Notes: generated by a model not told the origin, from the letters alone. 64,000 bases of DNA from a virus (IMGVR_UViG_3300020047_005985:44242-108241), one strand, 5' to 3'; positions 16,782 to 27,867 are shown, counted from the stretch's first letter. A program made the numbers and translations.

Positions 16782-18584
16782 GGAGGAAAGAGTTTTTCTG
16801 TTGCTGGAATAGCAACACACATATTAAGTTTTGATGGCGCTAAAGAATATACAAAAGAATGGGTAGAAAATCCAACAATTGCGTCTATTAGTATAGGTGC
16901 AGGTATTACAGATAAATCTTCTGAACTTGTTTCTAAAATTGTAACAGGTTTAAATAGATTAGCAGTTGATAAAGATCTGGGAGTATATGGTACTCCTGAG
17001 TCTATTGTATATGAGCCTAATCCATTTTATAGATCTTGGGTAGGTGATTACAAACCAGGAAATAAAAAGAATCCTTACAGATATGAATATCAAATAGAAA
17101 CTACAAGAGGTTGGGCACCCAAAGGAACTGGCACAGCTTTATATCATGTAAACTATTCTGATAAAAAACAAGATGGATCACAAGCTGGTGCTGGAGCAAG
17201 GGTTTTATTAGATGCATATGAGGAAATTGGTTTAATGCCTAATTTTAGAGATGCTTTGCTTTCTAACCAAGCTACTGTTTCTGTAGATGGAGAGCAATTT
17301 GGAGTTCAAATAGCTATTGGTACATCAGGTAATATTGAATTAGTTCAACAGTCTAAGTTGGTTTTTGAAAATCCATCTGAATATAATTTCTTAGAGTTTG
17401 ATAATTTATGGGAACAATCAGATAAAAAAATTGGATTGTTTATTCCTGCTTATCTTACTGAACTGAGATTTAAAGATGAAAATGGAAATACTGACATTGA
17501 AGCAGCTTTACAACATTATGCCGAAAGAAGAATAGAAGCTGCTTCCAAATCAGATCCTGCTTCTATTTATAATGAGAAGATGAACTATCCGTTAGTTCCA
17601 TCTGACATGTGGATTTCAAATAAAGGTTCTTATTTTCCTACTATTGAGTTAATGGAAAGAGAAAAAGAATTAGTTAGAGATCAATTGTTTAAACAATTAG
17701 GTCAGCCAACTAGATTAATTTGGGACTCTAAACAGCCTAATGGAGTTAGAGCTGAATATGATCCTGAAATAGAACTAATACAAACGTTTCCTTTTGATAG
17801 GACAGTAAATAAAATAGATGGTGGTATTTGTATTTACGAGAAGCCTCAATATCTTAGAGGATCTATTCCTGATGATATGTATATTGCAACGTTTGACCCT
17901 TATGTTTCTGAGAATATAGATGAAGGTGCTTCTTTAGGTGTGACTAAAGTTTTTCTAAACCCAAAGTATATTTCTGAAGGATTTAATGGAAATTATTTAG
18001 TTGCTACATATATAGGTAAACATCCAAATGGTAAAGATGCTTATTATGAAAATCAGGAAAAACTTCTAGCTTATTATGGTAATCCTTTAAGAGGATTATG
18101 GTATGAAGCAAACAGAGGAGATTCTTGTAGAGGTTATTATATGAAGAAAAATAAAATGCATTTATTAGCATTAAGACCATCTAAAGAAAAAGGGTCTTCT
18201 GCTGTTCAAAGAAAGGTATTGGAATATGGTATAATGGTTGGAAACCAAGTTGATAAAATTCAAATGTGTGATGATACACATGAATGGTTGTTAAAACATA
18301 CTGTATTTAATGGAAAGCAGTCCAGAGTAGTAGAAATATATCCTTGTTTATTTACTGTACAACAACTTATTCAATTTGAATTAAAAGGAAACTATGACGC
18401 TGTGTCAGCTTTAATTTTATTTCCTTTAGCTTTAAAGGAAATGGAACATGATATTATAAAAGAAAGAAGTAAACCTAATAAAAATATACTAGCAGAAATA
18501 TCTATGAATCCGTTTTTATTTAAGACGGAAGATACTATGCATAGAATAAGAAAATTCAATGAGAGAATTGCAAACGAGACTTGA
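16782..18584 (+). CDS. terL: Terminase large subunit, exon 2 (spliced product ~791 aa)
   Basis: GGKSFSVAG..., Walker B YEEIG, IGTSG, nuclease motifs FDPY, YEANRG, NYDAVSA; in frame with ORF 17235-18584. Confidence 0.88.
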   Translation, partial: GGKSFSVAGIATHILSFDGAKEYTKEWVENPTIASISIGAGITDKSSELVSKIVTGLNRLAVDKDLGVYGTPESIVYEPNPFYRSWVGDYKPGNKKNPYRYEYQIETTRGWAPKGTGTALYHVNYSDKKQDGSQAGAGARVLLDAYEEIGLMPNFRDALLSNQATVSVDGEQFGVQIAIGTSGNIELVQQSKLVFENPSEYNFLEFDNLWEQSDKKIGLFIPAYLTELRFKDENGNTDIEAALQHYAERRIEAASKSDPASIYNEKMNYPLVPSDMWISNKGSYFPTIELMEREKELVRDQLFKQLGQPTRLIWDSKQPNGVRAEYDPEIELIQTFPFDRTVNKIDGGICIYEKPQYLRGSIPDDMYIATFDPYVSENIDEGASLGVTKVFLNPKYISEGFNGNYLVATYIGKHPNGKDAYYENQEKLLAYYGNPLRGLWYEANRGDSCRGYYMKKNKMHLLALRPSKEKGSSAVQRKVLEYGIMVGNQVDKIQMCDDTHEWLLKHTVFNGKQSRVVEIYPCLFTVQQLIQFELKGNYDAVSALILFPLALKEMEHDIIKERSKPNKNILAEISMNPFLFKTEDTMHRIRKFNERIANET

Positions 18585-19992
18585 AAATAATAATGACTCT
18601 GTGACTAGAGTATTAAGTGGTATTGAAAAAGCTGCTAAGATTATAACTTCTACAATGGGAGGTTCTGGTAAAAATGTATTAATGTTTGAAAAAAAGAAAC
18701 TACAGTTTACAAAAGATGGCGTGTCTGTAGCTAAAAAAATACAACTACAAAATTCTGAGGAAGATGCAGGGGCGCAAATGTTAATTACTGCTGCAAATAA
18801 AACTGTAAAGGAATGTGGAGATGGTACAACATTGACTTCTTTATTTGTACAGGAGTTTGTATCAAGATTATTTGAAGAGTGTACTAAAGCCCCAATCAAT
18901 GATGTTTTAGATGATTGGGAAAGACAGGTTAATATTGTTGTATCTGAACTTCAAAAAAGAAGTTCTAAAATAGAAAAACTGGATGATATTTATAATATTG
19001 CTTTTACATCATGTAAGAATGATAAACTTGCGAATCTGATATACGAAATATATAGAAAAGTTGGATTAAAAGCTTCTATTTCAGTTCAAATGTCAAATGA
19101 TAGTCCTCATACTATGTATGAAGTTACTAAAGGATTAAATTTTGACGGTGGACTGATTCATCCTGGATTTGCTAATCAGTTAAATGGAACTTATCAAGCT
19201 GAGAAACCAACTATTCTTATATCTGAAGATATTATGAATGATTTTCAGGGTTATGTGGAAATGATAAATGATTTTCATGAAGCCAAAACTCCATTAGTAA
19301 TTATTGCTAGAGATTTCTCTGATTCTTTTATCAGGTATTCTCTTACTAATAAAGAATCAAAAAACCTGGATATTTGTTTGTTAAAACTTCCAGGATGGGG
19401 AGCAGCAGTAAAAGAAAACATAAGAGATATGAAATCTTTTATAAAAAAGGATTCTGTAAATAAAATTACAGTTACTCCGATTGATTTTACTCTTTATAAT
19501 AATCCTGAACAAACTAAAATTAAAAAGAGAATTGGACAATTAGAATCTCAACTGGAAGCAGTAACTGAAGAATATGATGCTATTGACTATCAACGTAGAA
19601 TTGATAATTTAAATCAGACTTCTGCAATTATATATGTTGGTGGTAGAACTTTAGCTAATGCTCAAGAAGAATTTGATAGAATTGAAGATGCTGTTGGTGC
19701 TTGTAAAACTGCTTGTAATTCTGGTTACGTAAAAGGTGCAGGTTCTGAATTAGTAGATATTGCAGAATTAGAATTTACTTCTGAATTTAGAAATGTACTT
19801 CTGGCCCCTGCTAGAAAAATATTATCTAATGCAAATATTGATATGGAACCTTCTTCTCAAACATTCAATGTAAAAACAAAACAATTTGATCCAAATCTTT
19901 TGGATCCTACTAATGTAGTTATAACGGCACTATTAAACAGCTTTGCCTTAGCCACATTATTAATAAACACGTCTCATATATTATATGATTAA
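18559..19992 (+). CDS. groEL: Phage-encoded GroEL-like chaperonin (compact, 477 aa)
   Basis: TMGGSGKNV, TKDGVSVAK, GDGTT, YVGG...DRIEDAV.A, GAG, LLDP. Confidence 0.9.
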   Translation: MRELQTRLENNNDSVTRVLSGIEKAAKIITSTMGGSGKNVLMFEKKKLQFTKDGVSVAKKIQLQNSEEDAGAQMLITAANKTVKECGDGTTLTSLFVQEFVSRLFEECTKAPINDVLDDWERQVNIVVSELQKRSSKIEKLDDIYNIAFTSCKNDKLANLIYEIYRKVGLKASISVQMSNDSPHTMYEVTKGLNFDGGLIHPGFANQLNGTYQAEKPTILISEDIMNDFQGYVEMINDFHEAKTPLVIIARDFSDSFIRYSLTNKESKNLDICLLKLPGWGAAVKENIRDMKSFIKKDSVNKITVTPIDFTLYNNPEQTKIKKRIGQLESQLEAVTEEYDAIDYQRRIDNLNQTSAIIYVGGRTLANAQEEFDRIEDAVGACKTACNSGYVKGAGSELVDIAELEFTSEFRNVLLAPARKILSNANIDMEPSSQTFNVKTKQFDPNLLDPTNVVITALLNSFALATLLINTSHILYD

Positions 19993-22516
19993 ATTAAAAG
20001 TTTCCGAAAAGGAAAAATATAAAAACGATGGTCAATGGTTTAAGGATTATCTTAATGAAATTGTACCTGCTCAAATACCGGACAATGATGATTATACTTC
20101 AATGTTAACTTGTTATAAAGTTATAAATGGAGATTTATCTGATTTTAAAAGTATGTTGAAAACATTTTGTCAACCTCTTGGAGAAGATATTGGTGAAGTT
20201 GATGAAGAAGTTCAACCTTATCCAGAATTACACAATTCTGTAAATATTTTAAAGGGAGAAATGATACAGCGTAGAGATGAACTCCATATAATGCTTTTAT
20301 CAGCCAATGCGATTCAAGCAAAAAATAAAGAAAGGATTGAATTAATTAAACGATCTGTTGATGAAAAAGTTGCACTTGAAATTCAAAAACTTCAAATGCA
20401 AATGCAAGGGATGGATGAAAAACAAACTAATGAATTTATTCAAAATTTACGAACTCAGTTAGAACCTGAAAATCTTGCACAACAAAATTGGTTATCAGAA
20501 CTAGAAATATTTTATAATAAAGCGTTACAATATTGTAATTATGAACAAAATGTTTTAGATAAAAAAGCAGATACAATGGTAGATGCTACTATATCTGATA
20601 GATTTTTTATCTATAATGGATGGAGACATGGAAGACCTGTTATTACAATTCGTAATCCTTTATACGGAACTTGGTTAAAATCACCTAATGAGAAATTTAT
20701 TCACAAGGGAGATTGGTTTGCATATCAACAACCAATTACATTAGGTTCTGCAATAGAAGAATATAATTTATCAGATGATGATATTGAAAAACTTCAAGTT
20801 ACTTTTGGAAGAGGATTAGACAAAAGGCATTCATTAGGGCCAGACGGTAAGGTAGTATTTGACCATACTAAACAAGATCTACTTATTAATCAAACTAAAC
20901 CTAGCATTGATAAAACAATTGGGTTGAGTCAGACAGATAGTTATTTATCTAATAATAGAACTTTGATTTGGGAAACTCACTTTGAATTTAAAGCTTTTAA
21001 AGAATTAATCTTTTTGAGTTATAAGGATGAATATGGAGAACTCGTAACTTCTGTTTTAGATTCAGGATTTGAAATTCCAGAAAAAGCCGTAAAAGAAAAA
21101 TTTATTAATAGGTATGATATGGAGTCCGAGCGATATACTTGGGAAGATTACGGATTATTCTTTACTGCTGAAAAGTTGTGGATTCCTAGAAAATATGAAA
21201 TAATTAGATTAGGTTCAGACGTATATCCTATTTATAGAGAAGTTCCTTATCAAGTAACTAACATTGAACGTCCATTTGATTCTTTTAGTCTTTCTACTAA
21301 AGGAGCAGTGATTAATAATAGAAATGCAAAATCGGTTTCTTTAGTTCAAAGAGCAATTCCTCCTTACTTACAATATATTTTCATAAAACATATTATGAAT
21401 AGAGAACTTGCTAAATATCAAGGTGCTATTCAAAGTATTGATATAGATCAAATTCCAGATAATTTAGGAGAAGATTTATATGGAAATAATATTAGGAGTA
21501 AACTTTTAACTTATCTTGCTTTTATAAAAAAGACTAATAAAGATATTTACTCAGGTAGTCAAACTAGTTACGGTGCTCTACCACCTTCTACAAGAAGTCC
21601 AGGTTCAAATGGTTATTTAATAGGAACTGCTGTTGAATTAATGAATCTTCATCAGTTATCTGAATTAGTGAAACAGGAAATAGCAATGGCTATGGGAATT
21701 AGTCCTCAAAGGCAAGCTACTTTCCAACAAGGATCTAATGTTTCAGATAACCAGCAAAGTATTAAACAAAGTTACGCTATTACAGAACCATATTTCTTCA
21801 TACAATCGTTAGTTTGGAAAGATGCTTTAAATGATTGGTTATGTGATTTTAGAACTTATTGTGAAACTCAAATGAAACTTAGAGATGTTCCTGAATTATC
21901 TTTTCAGTATTGGCTTCCAGGTAACGTTGAAGAAACTTTGACTGTAACACCTAAAATGCTAGAACCTATTGATCTAGGTTTATTTTTACAAACTGCTTCT
22001 GGAGCAGAAGAATATGCTAGATATATGTTACAACAAGCTCAAGCTTTTGCTCAAAATCAAGGTCAAGGTATTACTGCTGTAAGTCAGATTTTAAAAGATA
22101 TTGTTGCTAAAGGTAGCCCTGAAGAAATTCACAAACGTATTCAAATTGAAGAAAATAAATTTCATCAAAGACAAGTTGAACTTCAACAACTACAAGCTAA
22201 TAATCAACAACAGTTACAGGAAACTCAAAATCAATTTTTACTCCAACAACATGAAAGAGAAAAAGAATTGATTATTTTAAAAGAACAGGAGCGTAGAGAA
22301 ACTGAAATTCAAAAAGCTACTATTTCTGCATTGGGTTTTAGTAAGGATACTGACGTAGATGATGATGGAACTCCTGATGTTATAGAAATTGCTAACTATA
22401 CACTTAAAGAAGAAAAATTATCTTTGGATAAGAAAACGCAGGAGGACAATGTTAGGTTAAAAGAAAAAGAATTAAAAATAAAAGAAAAAATTGCAAATAA
22501 GCCGACTAGTAAATGA
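19985..22516 (+). CDS. Portal protein
   Basis: 843 aa; position between TerL and MCP; N.LKGE..QR, GISPQRQ motifs and Q-rich coiled-coil tail. Confidence 0.85.
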   Translation: MIKLKVSEKEKYKNDGQWFKDYLNEIVPAQIPDNDDYTSMLTCYKVINGDLSDFKSMLKTFCQPLGEDIGEVDEEVQPYPELHNSVNILKGEMIQRRDELHIMLLSANAIQAKNKERIELIKRSVDEKVALEIQKLQMQMQGMDEKQTNEFIQNLRTQLEPENLAQQNWLSELEIFYNKALQYCNYEQNVLDKKADTMVDATISDRFFIYNGWRHGRPVITIRNPLYGTWLKSPNEKFIHKGDWFAYQQPITLGSAIEEYNLSDDDIEKLQVTFGRGLDKRHSLGPDGKVVFDHTKQDLLINQTKPSIDKTIGLSQTDSYLSNNRTLIWETHFEFKAFKELIFLSYKDEYGELVTSVLDSGFEIPEKAVKEKFINRYDMESERYTWEDYGLFFTAEKLWIPRKYEIIRLGSDVYPIYREVPYQVTNIERPFDSFSLSTKGAVINNRNAKSVSLVQRAIPPYLQYIFIKHIMNRELAKYQGAIQSIDIDQIPDNLGEDLYGNNIRSKLLTYLAFIKKTNKDIYSGSQTSYGALPPSTRSPGSNGYLIGTAVELMNLHQLSELVKQEIAMAMGISPQRQATFQQGSNVSDNQQSIKQSYAITEPYFFIQSLVWKDALNDWLCDFRTYCETQMKLRDVPELSFQYWLPGNVEETLTVTPKMLEPIDLGLFLQTASGAEEYARYMLQQAQAFAQNQGQGITAVSQILKDIVAKGSPEEIHKRIQIEENKFHQRQVELQQLQANNQQQLQETQNQFLLQQHEREKELIILKEQERRETEIQKATISALGFSKDTDVDDDGTPDVIEIANYTLKEEKLSLDKKTQEDNVRLKEKELKIKEKIANKPTSK

Positions 22517-23223
22517 AATTAAAATATTGTGTGTACGCGCATTATCGACCTAATGGGGATGTTTTCTATATAGGAAAAGCAATATTAAACGGAAACCATT
22601 ATCGTAGAGCATACACAAAATATAAAAGAAATGATATTTGGAATAAGATCGTTTCTAAAAATAACAATCTCTTTTTAGTTAAGGAGTTGTATTACTCTGA
22701 TAACGAAGAAGAATGTTTAAATGTAGAATCACAATTTATAAGAAAATTTGGATGTTTGTTTGATGGTTCAGGTATTCTAGCAAATTTAGAAGAACGTTCT
22801 GGAAGTCATATATCAACATCCAAAATGGTTTATGAAGTAAACGAAAACGGAAATATCATTAACACTTATAATTCAGTAGCGACTGTATCACGACAATTAA
22901 ATTGTGATCCTGGAATAATCGCAAATGTTTGCAGAAGAAGAAGTAAAGGATTAAACGTATCCTATAAAACAAGAAAATTTACGTATTGTCCAGAAATCGT
23001 TCCGATTATAGAAACACGATCTAAACTTATTAGTAGGATCAACAAAACTCCTATATTCGCAGAAAGAGACAATGAGTTTTTAGAATTTGATTCTATCAAA
23101 AGCTGTTCTAATGAACTTGGACTGTCAGTGCAATGTATTATTAGAAACTTACAAAACAAAACTATTTCGAGATCAGGGTGGTTCTTTAAAAAGAAGGTTG
23201 CTAATAAAAAATCAAGTAAATAA
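22513..23223 (+). CDS. Free-standing GIY-YIG-type homing endonuclease with two NUMOD1 domains
   Basis: CVYAH...FYIGK..R; TYNSVATVSRQL and EFDSIKSCSNELG. Confidence 0.8.
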   Translation: MKLKYCVYAHYRPNGDVFYIGKAILNGNHYRRAYTKYKRNDIWNKIVSKNNNLFLVKELYYSDNEEECLNVESQFIRKFGCLFDGSGILANLEERSGSHISTSKMVYEVNENGNIINTYNSVATVSRQLNCDPGIIANVCRRRSKGLNVSYKTRKFTYCPEIVPIIETRSKLISRINKTPIFAERDNEFLEFDSIKSCSNELGLSVQCIIRNLQNKTISRSGWFFKKKVANKKSSK

Positions 23224-23303
23224 GTATTTTACATTTATGTAATCATAGGGGCAAAATTATAGCATATTGATTAATGTTAATTCATTAAGTATTTAATATG
23301 TTG

Positions 23304-23311
23304 TAATTTTG
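23304..23311 (+). promoter_or_regulatory. Candidate -7 promoter element TAATTTTG
   Basis: TAnnTTTG in the intergenic gap before the scaffold gene. Confidence 0.35.
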
Positions 23312-23331
23312 TTTCAAGAAAATTAAGAAAT

Positions 23332-24324
23332 ATGACAACATTACCAACACTTGAAGGTGTTAACAAGTCAGATGTAATTTTGACTTTAGAAGATTTAGTT
23401 TCAGATACTCAAACTGAAATACAAGAAGAGTTTACAGAAGAATCAGATCAGGAAGATTTAGATAATGAACCTGAAGAATCGGGTGAAGAAACAAATGAAC
23501 CTGAAGGTGATATTCTGGCATTACATGTTTATGAGACTTTAGTAGAAAAAAACTTAATTCCTAAAAGCGATGACTTTGATGGGACATTTGATTATATTGA
23601 ACAAAGTTTATTGAGTCGTCCTAAAGAACTTGTAAAACAAGAAATATCAACTTATCCAGATTTTTCACAGCAAGTTTTAAACTATGTTTCTACTGCTGGT
23701 CAAAATCTAACAGAAGAAGAATTTAAAAATTTTGTAAAAGAATTTATTAATGAACAAGATACTCCTGACGTATCTACATTAGATTCTGCTAGGTCTTACT
23801 TAGAAGAACATCTTAAGCAATCTGGTTTAAGACCTGCTGCAATTCAAGCTCAATTAGATGAGTTAGAAGATTCAGATGAACTTATATCAGAAGCTGAAAA
23901 ATTATTACAACAAAAAGAAAAACAAACAGATAAACTTATAAAAGCTAAGGAAGTAGAAAATACTGAAATAACCGAAGCTCAAAAACAATTTTTTGATTCT
24001 GTACAAACAGTACTTCAGGAAGTAAAATGGACACAACCTCAGAAAGATAAGGTGTTACAAACTATTCCTAAAACAAATACAATTTTCGCAGAAATATCTA
24101 AAAACCCAAAGGCTTATGTTCAACTTATAGATTTCTTATCTAAGTTTGACGGTAAGGAATTTAACATGGAATCTTATCTGAAACAAGGTGAGTCTAGAGC
24201 AACATCTCAATTAAAAGAGAAGTTGGAAAAATCTGGTTATGATTCTGCTGGTAAATCTAAGTCTGGTAATCCAACAGATCTTTCTAAGAATGATGATTTG
24301 AAAAAATATACAATGATTATTTAA
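23332..24324 (+). CDS. Capsid scaffold-like protein
   Basis: Acidic N-terminus, helical; directly upstream of MCP as in Crassvirales. Confidence 0.7.
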   Translation: MTTLPTLEGVNKSDVILTLEDLVSDTQTEIQEEFTEESDQEDLDNEPEESGEETNEPEGDILALHVYETLVEKNLIPKSDDFDGTFDYIEQSLLSRPKELVKQEISTYPDFSQQVLNYVSTAGQNLTEEEFKNFVKEFINEQDTPDVSTLDSARSYLEEHLKQSGLRPAAIQAQLDELEDSDELISEAEKLLQQKEKQTDKLIKAKEVENTEITEAQKQFFDSVQTVLQEVKWTQPQKDKVLQTIPKTNTIFAEISKNPKAYVQLIDFLSKFDGKEFNMESYLKQGESRATSQLKEKLEKSGYDSAGKSKSGNPTDLSKNDDLKKYTMII

Positions 24325-24339
24325 TAACTTTTAACATTA

Positions 24340-25935
24340 ATGGAACGTAGATCCGCATTAGTAACTCATGAGCGTTCAGCTTGGGGTGGTAGCTATTTTG
24401 ATAGCTTCACTCATGCTAACTTATTCAGAAGTTACTCTCCTTTTGAAATGGGCGTAAAAGGCGCTCAACTGTTTTCTTCTAAAATTGGAGAAGACATGGT
24501 GAACAAAAAATTCACATATTATACTGTTGCCCAAAAAGAAGTTCATATGCTTCCAGGTGGAACAGACGACTACTCTTGGTATCTCATGGGTAGCACAGCA
24601 AACGAATTTCGTTTTACAGAATTGCTGGTAGATCCAGCATCTACTCCTGGTAAAGGTGGTTTAAGATTTAAAATTGCTGCTGATAGAGATTGGTTGCATG
24701 AGCCAGTTTATATTAAACTTGCTGGTGCTGATCTTCCCTTATTGCGTATTATTGGTCAAGCTACCCAGCGTTCAGTAAACTCTTTTGAATATGAAGTTGA
24801 ACTTCAAACAGGAGATATGAATGCTTGGATTCCAGTGAAGTACTTGCAACCTGGAATGACTTTTGTACAAGAAACTACTTTCACTGCGGACGAACTTAAT
24901 ACTAAGTATGGCCCTGATGATTTTGGTGAAATGTTTAAACTGCAAAACTGGTGTACTCAGTATTCTCGTAAAGCAGAATTTACAGACAAATTCATTCGTA
25001 CAGAAATTGAATGTGCAAAAAAGAAAACTCAAAGACCAACTGACGGTTATACTATAGCTGGTCAGAAAATGAAAGGAGCTGCTGTAAGCTCTGGTTATGT
25101 TTATCAAACTAATCTTCAAACTAAAGAGGGTAAGGCTATTTCTAAAGGTACTTTTATTACTAATATTGAGGCTCGCCTTGAAGAAAGAGTAATGTGGGAT
25201 CGTGAAATGGCAATGGAATCTGGTCAATTGCAAAAAACATTTGATGTTGATTCAGGTCGTCCAATCAAGATTCCAGCAGGTTGGAGACAACTTGTTAAAG
25301 AAGGTCAGTATCTTGAACATAATGGTGATTTAAGTCTTGCTGATATTTTTGGTTTCTTTCAAAACCAGTTCTTAACTCGTAAAGGTTTTTCTGATCGTAA
25401 GATTAAGATTGCATCTGGTGAGGGTGGAATTCAATTTTTAAGTCAAAAGATTTTTGAAGAGTACTCAACTATTGTAACAGTAGATACTTTGTTTGCTCAA
25501 AAGAGAACTGATCCTGAAGGGTATCATTCTAATGAACTTGAGTATGGTGCGCAATTCACTAAAATCAAAATGATGAACGGTTTGGAAGTATCCATTGTTC
25601 ATGATCCTACTAAAGATGATAGAAGTCGTTTCCCTGAGTTAGCTCCTGGAACCAACTTTACCTTAGAGTCTTTTACTATGGATATTTTTGATTTGGGTGT
25701 AACCGATCAAACTCCACAAGGTATGAATGGTCAAAACTTGACTATGGTTATGCAAGATGGTGTGGAAGAATATTACACTGTATCAGGTGCATATGATTTT
25801 GCAACTGGTGCAGAAGTGTCAGGTAGTAATGTATCTACCAATTCTAAGGAGTTAGGTATCTACCGTACTATCGCTGGTTCATTGAACGCATGGGACGTAA
25901 GTCGTATTGGTTCTATTAGATTAAAATTAGCATAA
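24340..25935 (+). CDS. Major capsid protein
   Basis: 531 aa; synteny, G.G..FKI, GW.Q.V, SGEGG, YGAQFT motifs; followed by a strong terminator. Confidence 0.85.
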   Translation: MERRSALVTHERSAWGGSYFDSFTHANLFRSYSPFEMGVKGAQLFSSKIGEDMVNKKFTYYTVAQKEVHMLPGGTDDYSWYLMGSTANEFRFTELLVDPASTPGKGGLRFKIAADRDWLHEPVYIKLAGADLPLLRIIGQATQRSVNSFEYEVELQTGDMNAWIPVKYLQPGMTFVQETTFTADELNTKYGPDDFGEMFKLQNWCTQYSRKAEFTDKFIRTEIECAKKKTQRPTDGYTIAGQKMKGAAVSSGYVYQTNLQTKEGKAISKGTFITNIEARLEERVMWDREMAMESGQLQKTFDVDSGRPIKIPAGWRQLVKEGQYLEHNGDLSLADIFGFFQNQFLTRKGFSDRKIKIASGEGGIQFLSQKIFEEYSTIVTVDTLFAQKRTDPEGYHSNELEYGAQFTKIKMMNGLEVSIVHDPTKDDRSRFPELAPGTNFTLESFTMDIFDLGVTDQTPQGMNGQNLTMVMQDGVEEYYTVSGAYDFATGAEVSGSNVSTNSKELGIYRTIAGSLNAWDVSRIGSIRLKLA

Positions 25936-25939
25936 ATTA

Positions 25940-25974
25940 AAAAGGAAGGTTGAAATATACCTTCCTTTTCTTTT
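25940..25974 (+). terminator. Rho-independent terminator after MCP
   Basis: aaaaggaaggt-tgaaatat-accttcctttt followed by a T tract. Confidence 0.85.
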
Positions 25975-25996
25975 AGAAAATAAGAAAAATAAAGAT

Positions 25997-27142
25997 ATGA
26001 AAAGTCACTCTATATTATTTGTTTCTCCAGTATTAAGGGCATCTTCTCAAGGAAGAGATTCTCAAACGTATAATTATATTGATCCTAAAACAAAGGAATT
26101 AAAGAAAGGAGAAAGAATGAATAAAACCAGGGAGTTTGGCACAGAAGTTGTGTTAAAATTCCTTATTGATTTTAATAAAAATAAATACGTAACGGGATTA
26201 GATGAGCTAATTCCTAATCCGTTTCTAGATCTTTCTGAAGAAGAAGTTAGGTCAACTTATAACCTAAGTTCTAAATGGACAGATCTGCTTCCAAAAATTA
26301 TAAAACAATCTCAAATTTCAAGGCAAACTTATTTTGAAATATTAGATAATGTTGATCCTGACTTTTATACATCAACTGTAAAAGGGCCAACAATGTTTAA
26401 TTTTCAACCTTATCAGTTACATGGCCCTGAAAAAGCAGAACCATCTTTTATATCCAGATTTTCTGTAGTGTTTTTTGATAGACCTAATCGTTTTACCGAT
26501 GAAACTCCTCGTCAAAGAATGGCAATGCAGTTAATTAAAAATCATCCAAGTATAGCTTTAAATAAAAGTTCAGCAAACCCTGCTGAACATCTTTTCTATA
26601 TTTCAGAAGAGAATGAAGCTGAAATGGAAAAAATGAGAAAACAAGATGTAATTGATGCTGCTAATTATTCTAAGTATAAACTTCAAACCGAGTCTCCTTA
26701 CTTTATGAATTATAAAGTAGCAAGTCTTTTAACTACACATCAAGGAACACCTTTGATTACTGGTGTATCAACTCCAGATCAGGTAAAACAAGCTATTAAT
26801 AATTTCATGAATGATAGACAATATCAAATGGAGAACATTGGTAAGTTTATGACGATAATGGATCTGTTAAAAACATCAGAAGGTAAACAACGATTTGAAA
26901 TCAAATACTTAGTTCGTCAAGCATTTAATGCAAGAGTTATGGAAAACTCTAATGGTTATATTGTTTGGAAATCTAGATCTGCTTCTAATAATGTTTACAA
27001 ATGGACTGATTATGAAAAATTGGTTTCGTTCTTAGTTTCAGACATGATTGTTTATGATCCAGAATCTACTGATACTTCAGTGACAAACTGGTATAATGAA
27101 TTATTTGAGGAAGTAAAAGCGAAAAACGTCTGGGTAGAATGA
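25997..27142 (+). CDS. Conserved virion protein downstream of MCP (crAss gene-75-like)
   Basis: Synteny; 381 aa. Confidence 0.55.
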   Translation: MKSHSILFVSPVLRASSQGRDSQTYNYIDPKTKELKKGERMNKTREFGTEVVLKFLIDFNKNKYVTGLDELIPNPFLDLSEEEVRSTYNLSSKWTDLLPKIIKQSQISRQTYFEILDNVDPDFYTSTVKGPTMFNFQPYQLHGPEKAEPSFISRFSVVFFDRPNRFTDETPRQRMAMQLIKNHPSIALNKSSANPAEHLFYISEENEAEMEKMRKQDVIDAANYSKYKLQTESPYFMNYKVASLLTTHQGTPLITGVSTPDQVKQAINNFMNDRQYQMENIGKFMTIMDLLKTSEGKQRFEIKYLVRQAFNARVMENSNGYIVWKSRSASNNVYKWTDYEKLVSFLVSDMIVYDPESTDTSVTNWYNELFEEVKAKNVWVE

Positions 27143-27867
27143 CAATAGAACGTCTTCATCAAGAAATTAAATTCCGATGGAATAAACTCAATTCTAATCA
27201 TAAGAAAGATTTACCTGGAGCTTATCTTGATGATGCTCTCAATAAAGCCACTGATGATTTTATTGAGATATTCTATTCTGGAAATAATTCAAAAGAATAT
27301 AAATTCGGTTTTGAGGTAATTCAACAAAGGATTGATATGCTACAAACTCTAGTAGTAGAGTTGCCTTATTCAGTAGCTAATTTAGATGTAAATAAATATG
27401 CTGCGGATATATCTTTATTTAATCCATCATATAGACATTTTCTTAGAGCATATGTTGTACCATTAGAGTGTACAGCTAAAAAGATACCTGTGACAATAAC
27501 ACGTTTAAACGATCTTGATGTAAAATTAACAGATGCTAATACTCAACCAAGTTTAACTTGGAACAGATGTTTAGGTTCAATTCAAGATAATAAGTTAGTT
27601 CTCTATACAAAAGAATATACAATAAACGAAATTATTGTAAACTATTTAAGAAATCCTGTTAAAGTTTTTTCAGGTGGGTATAATTCTTTAGAATATGAAA
27701 ATGGTGATTTAAGCGCATATCAATCTGGTAGTCCTACAGTTACATCAGATTTACCAGAATCATATCATGATCTTTTAGTAGATATGACTGTTCAATATAT
27801 CAGTCGTACACTAGAAGATAATAATAAATTTCAATTACAAAAAGAACAAATCATATCTAAAATATGA
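27139..27867 (+). CDS. Ring / head-tail connector protein
   Basis: GFE..QQRID.L..L, NYLRNP, SDLPESYHD.LVD.TV motifs. Confidence 0.7.
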   Translation: MTIERLHQEIKFRWNKLNSNHKKDLPGAYLDDALNKATDDFIEIFYSGNNSKEYKFGFEVIQQRIDMLQTLVVELPYSVANLDVNKYAADISLFNPSYRHFLRAYVVPLECTAKKIPVTITRLNDLDVKLTDANTQPSLTWNRCLGSIQDNKLVLYTKEYTINEIIVNYLRNPVKVFSGGYNSLEYENGDLSAYQSGSPTVTSDLPESYHDLLVDMTVQYISRTLEDNNKFQLQKEQIISKI

